From an uncultured Geobacter sp. (GTDB lineage: Bacteria; Desulfobacterota; Desulfuromonadia; Geobacterales; Geobacteraceae), in NCBI GenBank assembly GCA_937886325.1, contig CALABV010000051.1, positions 7,754 to 71,753 on the forward strand: a DNA stretch of 64,000 nucleotides, read 5' to 3'. The position numbers were made by a program, and so were the translations under genes. Positions 18,385 to 25,909 of the stretch are shown in pieces (within the stretch, counting starts at the first letter, position 1; the number at the start of each line of letters is the position of its first letter). The notes beneath the pieces are model-generated. The model had not been told where the DNA came from and made no database searches. It worked only from the letters and a program-made list of their open reading frames with translations.

Positions 18385-19326
18385 TTACCGGATTAGGGTA
18401 TCCGTCAGGGCACATAGAAATACCGCGCAACTGATGTAACCGTTTGCGGTGAAAAAAGCCGTATTCAACCGGGACAGGTCTCCCTCACGAACCAGACTGT
18501 GCTCATACCCCAGGAGAACGGCCACGGCCCCGATCCCCACACGGTAGACGATGCCCAGGTCGGCGGCATAGGCCACGGCAGCAAGCATCCCCACGGTGAC
18601 AAGGTGGAACAGGCGCGCAGTCACCAGCGCGGCCCCCGCACCTATCCTCGCAGGAATGGAATGGAGTCCGGCTGAGCGGTCGAAATCCAGATCCTGGAGG
18701 GAATAGAGGATGTCAAACCCGGCAACCCAGAAGAGAACTGCGCCTCCCAGAAGCAGGGCCGCCGGTTCCACGTTTCCGCGAACGGCAATCCACGCCCCGA
18801 CCGGCGCCGCTGCCAGACAGAGGCCCAACACGATGTGGCACAGGGAGGTGAAGCGCTTGCAATAGGAATAGGACAGCAGCAGGAAAAGGGCGATCGGCGT
18901 CAGGGAGAAACAGAGCGGATTCAGCTGATACGCGGCAAACAGGAAAAGGGCGACGGCCACTCCTATCCAGACGGCAACCGACTTCTTGCGAAGGAGACCG
19001 GAGGGAATGGCCCGATCCTTCGTTCTCGGATTCTTCCCGTCTATCTCCGCGTCTATGAGGCGGTTCAGGCCCATGGCCGCGGTTCTGGCCCCGACCATGG
19101 CCATCAGGATCCAGAAAATGGTCGGGAAAGAAGGAATGCCTCGTGCCGCCAGCACCGCGCCGGTCAGCGCGAAGGGGAGCGCGAAGACAGTATGGGAAAA
19201 CCGTATCGTTTCCAGGAAGAGCCGAAGCGAAGCAAGGACTCCCGGCGTGTGCGGGGGCGCCGCCCATGGCCGGCTTGCATCGCCCTTTTTTGCCTCCATA
19301 CCCACGCCCTTTCGTCTTTCCCTCAT
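18385..19326 (-). CDS. UbiA-family aromatic prenyltransferase (MqnP-like)
   Basis: Polytopic membrane protein with NRLIDAEIDGKNPRTKDR (NxxxDxxxD). The start may be the internal MEAKKGD at 19299. Confidence 0.8.
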   Translation of the reverse strand: MRERRKGVGMEAKKGDASRPWAAPPHTPGVLASLRLFLETIRFSHTVFALPFALTGAVLAARGIPSFPTIFWILMAMVGARTAAMGLNRLIDAEIDGKNPRTKDRAIPSGLLRKKSVAVWIGVAVALFLFAAYQLNPLCFSLTPIALFLLLSYSYCKRFTSLCHIVLGLCLAAAPVGAWIAVRGNVEPAALLLGGAVLFWVAGFDILYSLQDLDFDRSAGLHSIPARIGAGAALVTARLFHLVTVGMLAAVAYAADLGIVYRVGIGAVAVLLGYEHSLVREGDLSRLNTAFFTANGYISCAVFLCALTDTLIR

Positions 19327-19493
19327 TCATACGCCGGACAACCGGATGAAACATTTTGTAGCACTTCAAGGGTGATCTGACAACGGTTTTTATTCCTTCC
19401 TTTCCGTGCTTCTGCTTTATATAGCTGTAGAATTAGAGACGGCTTTTTGATAGAAAGGAAGCGTTGAGATCACCAGACACGAGGAGTTCCTGT

Positions 19494-20459
19494 ATGAGGT
19501 CGTACTTCGCGGCAGTCCTTGCATGTTTCCTTCTCCTTTCATGCATATCCTGCGATACCGGGCGGACCGGGCCGATACATGCCGGTAAACTCAGAGTAAT
19601 CACTACACTCTTCCCCCTGTACGATTTCGCGCGGGCAATCGGAGGAGATCGGGCGGACGTGACGCTCCTGCTCCCTCCCGGCATGGAGGCCCACAGCTTC
19701 GAGCCGAAACCCGGCGACATCGTCCGTGTCGGCAAGGCCGACCTCTTTATCTATACGAACCGTAACATGGAACCGTGGGCCGTGGACATCATCAGCGGCA
19801 TAGACTCCAAAAAGACGATGGTCATTGACGCAAGCCGCGGCACGCGCATGCTGAAAACCGGAAAAAGCGCCGGGCACGATCACATCGGCAACGACCACGA
19901 TCGGGAAGACGCCCATAATCACGGAAAAGGGATGGACCCTCACTTGTGGCTCGATTTCGGGAACGCCCGCATCATGGTGGACAACATCCTTGCCGGCTTC
20001 ATTGCGCGGGACCCGAACAACAGTGGATGGTACTCCGCGAATGCGGCTGCCTACAAGGCAAGGCTGACGGAACTTGACGACCGCTATCGGGCCGGACTGG
20101 CCGTGTGCGACAAACGGATATTTCTCCACGGCGGACACTTCGCCTTCGGGTACCTGGCAAACCGCTACGGACTCCGCTATGAATCAGCGTACGCGGTCAG
20201 CGCGGATGCCGAGCCCTCTCCGGCGAAAATCGCAAACCTTATCAACCGGATGCGGGCAAACGGCCTGCGGTATATCTTTACCGAGGAACTGGTCGAACCG
20301 CGGGTAGCGGACACCATCGCCCGGGAAACCGGGGCGAGGATTCTCATGCTTCACGGCGCCCACAATATCAGCAGGGATGATCTGGCGTCCGGCGCCACCT
20401 TTTTCTCTCTCATGGAACGGAATCTGGGCAATCTCAGGATTGGAATGCAATGCCGATGA
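19494..20459 (+). CDS. znuA: Zinc ABC transporter substrate-binding lipoprotein (ZnuA/TroA fold) with His-rich loop
   Basis: Start at MRSYFAAVLACFLLLSC (GAGGAG 7 nt upstream; lipobox). Has a His/Asp-rich loop GHDHIGNDHDREDAHNHGKGMDPH. Confidence 0.85.
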   Translation: MRSYFAAVLACFLLLSCISCDTGRTGPIHAGKLRVITTLFPLYDFARAIGGDRADVTLLLPPGMEAHSFEPKPGDIVRVGKADLFIYTNRNMEPWAVDIISGIDSKKTMVIDASRGTRMLKTGKSAGHDHIGNDHDREDAHNHGKGMDPHLWLDFGNARIMVDNILAGFIARDPNNSGWYSANAAAYKARLTELDDRYRAGLAVCDKRIFLHGGHFAFGYLANRYGLRYESAYAVSADAEPSPAKIANLINRMRANGLRYIFTEELVEPRVADTIARETGARILMLHGAHNISRDDLASGATFFSLMERNLGNLRIGMQCR

Positions 20460-21202
20460 ATTCCATCTCAATAGAAGGACTTTCCTTCGACTATCACGGA
20501 AACGAGGTGCTGCGGGACATCACGTGCGACATCCGGCAGGGTGATTACGTCGGTATCGTCGGCCCCAACGGGTCCGGCAAAAGCACGCTGATACGCTGCA
20601 TCCTCGGTCTGAACAGGGTTGAGCACGGGACGATCACCCTGTTCGGGGTTCCCCAACCCGCATTCACCTCATGGGACCGCATCGGCTTCCTGCCCCAGGG
20701 GCTGCAACTCTTCAACCCAAACTTTCCGGCCACCGTGGAGGAGGTTGTCAGACTCGGCCGACTATCGAAGAAGCGCTTCCCCCGGCGCTTCGACGCATCC
20801 GATAGCGAGGCCGTGGAACGGGCCATGGATCTGATGGGGATATCATCCCTCGGCAAGCGACTGATAGGCGAACTCTCCGGCGGGTTGCGCCAGAGGGTGC
20901 TTCTGGCACGGGCGCTGGTAAACGATCCGGAGGTCCTCATCCTCGACGAACCAACCACCGCCCTCGACCCCGAAACCCGCGACAGTTTTTATGCGACCGT
21001 GCGCGACCTGAACGTCAATCGTGGAACGACGATTCTGCTGATCACCCACGACTCGTCCACAATCGGGCTCTATGCGTCGAAGCTCCTGTACCTTGACAAG
21101 CGGATAATCTTCTTTGGAACCTTCGAAGAGTTCTGCCATTCCTCAAACATGACCGAGGTTTTCGGCCACCACGGCCAGCACCTCATCTGCCGAAGACATT
21201 AA
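20450..21202 (+). CDS. znuC: Zinc ABC transporter ATP-binding protein
   Basis: Walker A GPNGSGKST, signature LSGGLRQR, Walker B LILDEPT. It overlaps the znuA stop (alternative ATGA start at 20456). Confidence 0.88.
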   Translation: MPMNSISIEGLSFDYHGNEVLRDITCDIRQGDYVGIVGPNGSGKSTLIRCILGLNRVEHGTITLFGVPQPAFTSWDRIGFLPQGLQLFNPNFPATVEEVVRLGRLSKKRFPRRFDASDSEAVERAMDLMGISSLGKRLIGELSGGLRQRVLLARALVNDPEVLILDEPTTALDPETRDSFYATVRDLNVNRGTTILLITHDSSTIGLYASKLLYLDKRIIFFGTFEEFCHSSNMTEVFGHHGQHLICRRH

Positions 21203-21213
21203 AGGGAGCCTGA

Positions 21214-22032
21214 ATGTCCTTTGCCGACATCATCCACTACGCATTTCTCCAACGGGCACTTCTTGCCGGGACACTCATAGCAATCCTGTGCTCCGTACTC
21301 GGCGTGTTTCTGGTGCTGCGCAGGCTCTCCCTCATCGGGGACGGACTTTCCCATGTGACATTCGGCAGCGTCGCCCTCGCCCTGCTGCTGCGCTTCCAGT
21401 CGGTCTACACCTCCCTCGCCGCGATTCCCTGCGTGCTCATCGCCGCCATCGGCATTCTGAAGATTGCCGACAAGGCCCGCATCTACGGCGACGCCGCCAT
21501 CGGCATCGTATCGTCACTGGGAATCGCCGTCGGCATCCTGCTCGCCAGCCTTGCCGGCGGCTTCAACGTCGACCTGTTCAGCTACCTCTTCGGCAACATC
21601 CTCTCCATCAGCCGCGCGGAGCTTGTGGTTACCGCCTGTCTGTTCATGGTCGTTCTGCTGAGCGTGGCGTTTTTCTATAACGAACTGTTTGCAATCACCT
21701 TTGACGAGGAACTTGCCGTGACATGCGGGGTCAGGGTGGAACGCATCAACGCGGTACTGGTGCTCCTTACGGCCCTGACGGTGGTGCTCGCCATGAAGGT
21801 CGTCGGGATCATGCTGATATCGGCGCTGCTGATCCTGCCGGCGGTCTCCGCACTGCAACTGGCGCGCGGCTTCAAGACCGCAATTCTCCTTTCTGCCTGC
21901 CTGGGAGTCGCCTCGGTGATCGGGGGGATCTTTCTCTCGTTCTTCATGGATCTCCCCACCGGCGCGACCATCATCATCATCAACTTTCTCCTGTTCGCAA
22001 CCTGCTTCATTCTGCGTACAACCAGAAAGTGA
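21214..22032 (+). CDS. znuB: Zinc ABC transporter permease
   Basis: 272-aa polytopic membrane protein of the ABC-3 type with SD AGGGAG. Operon position after znuA and znuC. Confidence 0.85.
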   Translation: MSFADIIHYAFLQRALLAGTLIAILCSVLGVFLVLRRLSLIGDGLSHVTFGSVALALLLRFQSVYTSLAAIPCVLIAAIGILKIADKARIYGDAAIGIVSSLGIAVGILLASLAGGFNVDLFSYLFGNILSISRAELVVTACLFMVVLLSVAFFYNELFAITFDEELAVTCGVRVERINAVLVLLTALTVVLAMKVVGIMLISALLILPAVSALQLARGFKTAILLSACLGVASVIGGIFLSFFMDLPTGATIIIINFLLFATCFILRTTRK

Positions 22033-22093
22033 GAAATTTCTCCTTGAATCTCGCTAGCGCGCGTGCTAAGGTTAGACCTCTTTCAAGATATGA

Positions 22094-22169
22094 GGACCGC
22101 TAGCTCAGCTGGTAGAGCAGGCGACTCTTAATCGTCAGGTCGTAGGTTCGACCCCTACGCGGTCCACCA
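22094..22169 (+). tRNA. tRNA-Lys (anticodon CTT), CCA encoded
   Basis: GGACCGC-TA-GCTC-AGCTGGTA-GAGC-A-GGCGA-CTCTTAA-TCGTC-AGGTC-GTAGG-TTCGACC-CCTAC-GCGGTCC-A-CCA. Confidence 0.93.
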
Positions 22170-22176
22170 ATACAGA

Positions 22177-22213
22177 CAAGGCTCAACGGTCCATTCCGTT
22201 GAGCCTTGTTTTC
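22177..22213 (+). terminator. Rho-independent terminator after tRNA-Lys
   Basis: 13-bp stem CAAGGCTCAACGG/CCGTTGAGCCTTG with a 6-nt loop, followed by TTTT. Confidence 0.8.
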
Positions 22214-22563
22214 TTATGACCGCTTTTCGAGAGCTTCGACCTCACCCCCTAATCCCCTGTTACTCCACTCCGCGCCATCTTTCCATGCAAAATATCTGAA
22301 TTTATTTATCCAACAATTCTAAACAATTACAGCATTCACTATTTTTTTGAGAGGGTCAAAATTTGCCTAGAACGGAAGCCCCTAGTATTATTAATGTGAA
22401 ACGGGTTTGCGCATGTCTGCCACCCCTCTGCAACTAATGCCTTTGCGTAGCCAAACGGGGAAAATGACCGCCATACACGGAAAGGCGCCACCACACAATT
22501 CCGAGAAGCCGCCAATAAAGACGAAAGCAGACCGGACATCGCACCGCTTAATAAAGGATTGGT

Positions 22564-23574
22564 ATGCACGGCTTTACGTTTACCGTTGACCGGAACCTCA
22601 TCATCCGCTCCGTCGACACAGGGGCAGTGAAAGGTGAAACGGGGTCATTGATTGCCGCGGGGATTGTGGGGCAGCCCTACCAGCGGTTCTTCCCGGTTTT
22701 ACTCAAGGGAAAGGTTGACGCGGTGGAAAAGGTTCTTCGAGAGGAAACACCCCTGTTCCTGAGGGCACACCAGATTGTCTGCTTCTGCGGAAATATTCAT
22801 GCCGACATTGCCATCACCCCTCTTCTGGATGCCGGCGGTTCCGTTGTCGGCGCGGAAATCACACGGGAAGTGGTTTCCGGGTGCGATATGCAGGATACGA
22901 TGTGGAGAGAAAGGCAGCTTATCGATATCGGCAGGAATTCCGCCGCGCTGGCTCACGGGGTGCGGAACCCGCTGAATGCCATTAAGGGAGCAGTGGTCTA
23001 CCTGAAGAACGCCTTTGGAAAAGAGCCGACCGTCGTTGAATTCGCCGGGATTATCGAAGAGGAAATCTCGAAACTTGACGGTTTTATCACGAAGTTTCTC
23101 AGTACTTCGCTGCTGGAATCGGAATTTGAGTCTCTCGACGTCAATCAGTTAATCCGTCGGATTCTTGCTGTAAGTTCGTTCCAGGCATGCGTGAAAAAAA
23201 TATCTTTCCACCCCGATCTCGGTGATGTTCCCGTCATCAGGGCAGATGATTTTCAGCTCGGCCATGCTGTGATGAATATAATCAATAATGCGATGGAGGC
23301 CATGGTCGAAGGGGGCTTCATCCGGTTGAAAACCGGCACGACCTTCCGCGACGGCCGCGATTTCGTCTTCATTGAGATTTCCGACAGCGGAGGGGGGATG
23401 AACCGGGCGGACTCCTCAGGGGTTTCGGATTCGCCCACCGGTTCCGACGGCAGGGGATTCGGGCTGTTCCTGACACGCGAGATAGTCCGGCACCATGGGG
23501 GGCTGCTGGAGATTGTCAGCAGAAAGAATCAGGGTACCAGCGTCGGCATTTTCCTTCCCGTTTCTTCACCATGA
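22564..23574 (+). CDS. Soluble sensor histidine kinase (PAS-like N-terminus, HisKA, HATPase_c)
   Basis: H-box AHGVRNPLNAIKG, N-box NIINNAMEA, G-boxes DSGGGM and GFGLFL. No TM segments. 336 aa. Confidence 0.85.
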   Translation: MHGFTFTVDRNLIIRSVDTGAVKGETGSLIAAGIVGQPYQRFFPVLLKGKVDAVEKVLREETPLFLRAHQIVCFCGNIHADIAITPLLDAGGSVVGAEITREVVSGCDMQDTMWRERQLIDIGRNSAALAHGVRNPLNAIKGAVVYLKNAFGKEPTVVEFAGIIEEEISKLDGFITKFLSTSLLESEFESLDVNQLIRRILAVSSFQACVKKISFHPDLGDVPVIRADDFQLGHAVMNIINNAMEAMVEGGFIRLKTGTTFRDGRDFVFIEISDSGGGMNRADSSGVSDSPTGSDGRGFGLFLTREIVRHHGGLLEIVSRKNQGTSVGIFLPVSSP

Positions 23575-25022
23575 ATGAATGCGCTCGGGTCAGGCGCGGA
23601 GCACGGGAAACAATGCGGGATATGGTCGGATATTCCGGCAATGAAACGGCTGTCCGGGAGGGAATGATGACAGGCAGAGCGGGCGGACAGATACTGCTTG
23701 TGGACGATGAACTGAATGCACTGAAAGTCCTGTCGGCCATTCTGCGGGAGGAAGGATACAAGGTATTTCAGGCACAGGATGTGGGTAGTGCACAGAAATT
23801 TCTCGTCGATGAGGATATCGATGTGGTGATTACCGACCTGAAAATGCCGGGAAAAGACGGGATGCAGCTGTTTGAGCACATCACCGACCACCATTCCGAA
23901 ATCCCGGTTATCTTCCTCACTGCCTACGGATCGGTCGATTCCGCGGTGCATGCCATTACACAGGGTGCTTTCTACTACTTCATCAAGCCGCCCGACTACA
24001 CGAAACTGAAAGGTATACTGGCCAGGGCGGTGGAGCAGAGATTGTTGAAGAAGGAGATCAGAATTCTCAAAAACAAACTGGCCGGAGAGAGGGAACCCGA
24101 GCGTATCATCGGAAAAACACCGCAGATGGTCCGGATATTCGAAACCATCAATGCAGTGAAGGATTCGGTGAGCAGCGTCCTGATTTACGGCGAGACAGGC
24201 ACCGGGAAGGAGGCCATAGCCCGCTCCCTCCACTATCAGAGCAACAGGCGGGACAAACCGTTCATTGCCGTCAACTGCGCCGCAATGCCGGGCGGGCTTC
24301 TTGAGTCGGAGCTTTTCGGGTATGAAAAGGGAGCGTTCACCGGCGCGACCTCCCGACGGATCGGCAGGTTCGAGGAGGCGGCGGACGGCACGATTTTCCT
24401 GGATGAAATCGGGGAACTGGAGTTGCTCCTCCAGGCAAAGCTTCTGCGTGTGCTGCAGGAGAAAGAGATCGAGAGGTTGGGCAGTAACCGGAAAGTGCGT
24501 ATCGACTTCCGCCTCATCTGCTCCACGAACAGGGATTTGAGCCGCGACATCAGCTCCGGTCATTTTCGGGAAGATCTCTTCTATCGGATAAATGTGGTTC
24601 GCATCAACCTGCCTCCTCTCCGCGAGCGAAAGGACGATATCCCTCTCCTGACATCCTCCTTTCTCAAGGAGTACTGCATCCGGGAAAACAAGGCTCTCGA
24701 GATATCTTCCGAAGTCATGAATCTCTTTCACACATTTCCATGGCCGGGGAATATACGGCAACTCAGGAATGTCATCGAGCGTGCGACCGTGCTGGCACGG
24801 GGGAAAGTAATAACGGTGCAGGAACTCTCCGATGAACTCCGCAATTTTGCCGAAGGTGTTCACCCGACGCCGAGGGGAGCCGTCAGGCCGCTCCGGGAAC
24901 TGGAAGAGGAGGCGATCCGGTCCGCCCTGTTCGAATATCGAGGCAACAAGTCCAAGGTAGCGACGATGCTCGGTATTTCCCGGAAGGCACTGTACAAGAA
25001 ATTACTCGATATGAACCGGTAG
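23571..25022 (+). CDS. Sigma-54-dependent response regulator (receiver + AAA+ + HTH); candidate PEP-CTERM-locus regulator (PrsR-like)
   Basis: ILLVDDE receiver, Walker A GETGTGKE, sigma-54 contact motif GAFTGA, C-terminal Fis-type HTH. ATGA overlap with the kinase stop at 23571. An alternative start is MMTGRAG at 23664, behind GGGAGGGA. Confidence 0.9.
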   Translation: MNECARVRRGARETMRDMVGYSGNETAVREGMMTGRAGGQILLVDDELNALKVLSAILREEGYKVFQAQDVGSAQKFLVDEDIDVVITDLKMPGKDGMQLFEHITDHHSEIPVIFLTAYGSVDSAVHAITQGAFYYFIKPPDYTKLKGILARAVEQRLLKKEIRILKNKLAGEREPERIIGKTPQMVRIFETINAVKDSVSSVLIYGETGTGKEAIARSLHYQSNRRDKPFIAVNCAAMPGGLLESELFGYEKGAFTGATSRRIGRFEEAADGTIFLDEIGELELLLQAKLLRVLQEKEIERLGSNRKVRIDFRLICSTNRDLSRDISSGHFREDLFYRINVVRINLPPLRERKDDIPLLTSSFLKEYCIRENKALEISSEVMNLFHTFPWPGNIRQLRNVIERATVLARGKVITVQELSDELRNFAEGVHPTPRGAVRPLRELEEEAIRSALFEYRGNKSKVATMLGISRKALYKKLLDMNR

Positions 25023-25500
25023 TCGAAACGCTTCTATCTCTGCCGTCGGCCGGACATTCCCCTCTCCTATTCCTGAGCGGTGAGGTGTGCCCGAAACTCT
25101 TCTTGTTCACATTATGCACTGCTCAATTTTTGATTGCTCAAACATCCACCAGCACACTGTCCCCTCCGGAAACACTCTCCTCCCCATAACCTGCCGTCAT
25201 TTTTAATTAATACGAAAAGTGTATCCATAAGAAACATTCTGCAGAGTCTTATTTTGCGCAATTTTTTTCGTATATGTAGACTAAGGAAACACTTCCTAAA
25301 AAGAAGGCTGAAACATGCGAGATTTTTGAATATGACATCAACAGCGCCATGCTCGGGAACACCATTTAAGGCCGAGAGAAACCTCTCTCAACGGACCATT
25401 TTATTTATTAAAATAACATCCATAACGCCGATGTTTCCACCATGTACAAAATCTTCATTTCAAGATAATGAGATCTGTTTTCATTTTGGCCATCACCATT

Positions 25501-25515
25501 TGGCATCCTCGTTGC
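25501..25515 (+). promoter_or_regulatory. Candidate sigma-54 (-24/-12) promoter
   Basis: TGGCAT-CCTCG-TTGC has exactly the consensus TGGCAC-N5-TTGC spacing. It lies in the 506-nt AT-rich spacer immediately downstream of the sigma-54 activator gene and 14 nt before the first ORF of the EPS operon. Confidence 0.55.
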
Positions 25516-25528
25516 TCTTGGGTAACTC

Positions 25529-25909
25529 ATGAAAACGAGAGACAAGATCCTCATTGTCGATGAAGCGGGCTTTTCCCGTGTCTGTTCGTCTATCCTCGCA
25601 GGTCAGGGGTTTCATGCCGAATGCATGATTCGCGAGGAGTGGGGAGTTTCCCCGCGCTTCATAAAGAAAGTGTCTCTCCTTATAACCAGCTACCCGTACG
25701 GAGCGCAAGTCCTGAAGATGATGCACGGTTTGTCCGTCCCCGTCATTGTGCTGGCCGACTACACGGGAAAAGACATTATCGAGATTCTCGAAGGGCTCGA
25801 AAACTCCTACTGCATGGTCAAGCCCATTAACTACGAGAGGTTCACCCTGCTGGTAAAGAATCTGGTAAACGAGACGTGTTTCCAACATGGAGGATACAGC
25901 ATTGTCTAG
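25529..25909 (+). CDS. Stand-alone receiver-like protein lacking the phospho-acceptor Asp (pseudo-receiver)
   Basis: ILIVDEAGF..LLITSYPYG..VIVLADY..MVKPI aligns to the CheY fold. Ser/Thr sits where D57 is expected, while K109 (VKP) is retained. No SD is present. Confidence 0.6.
   Translation: MKTRDKILIVDEAGFSRVCSSILAGQGFHAECMIREEWGVSPRFIKKVSLLITSYPYGAQVLKMMHGLSVPVIVLADYTGKDIIEILEGLENSYCMVKPINYERFTLLVKNLVNETCFQHGGYSIV

Noticed and set aside
25134-25532. 132-aa ORF in the AT-rich spacer upstream of the EPS operon, considered as a small PEP-CTERM cargo or regulator.
   Set aside because: It has no signal peptide, no C-terminal PEP/TM/Arg motif and no SD, and its composition is low-complexity basic. 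It overlaps the candidate sigma-54 promoter.
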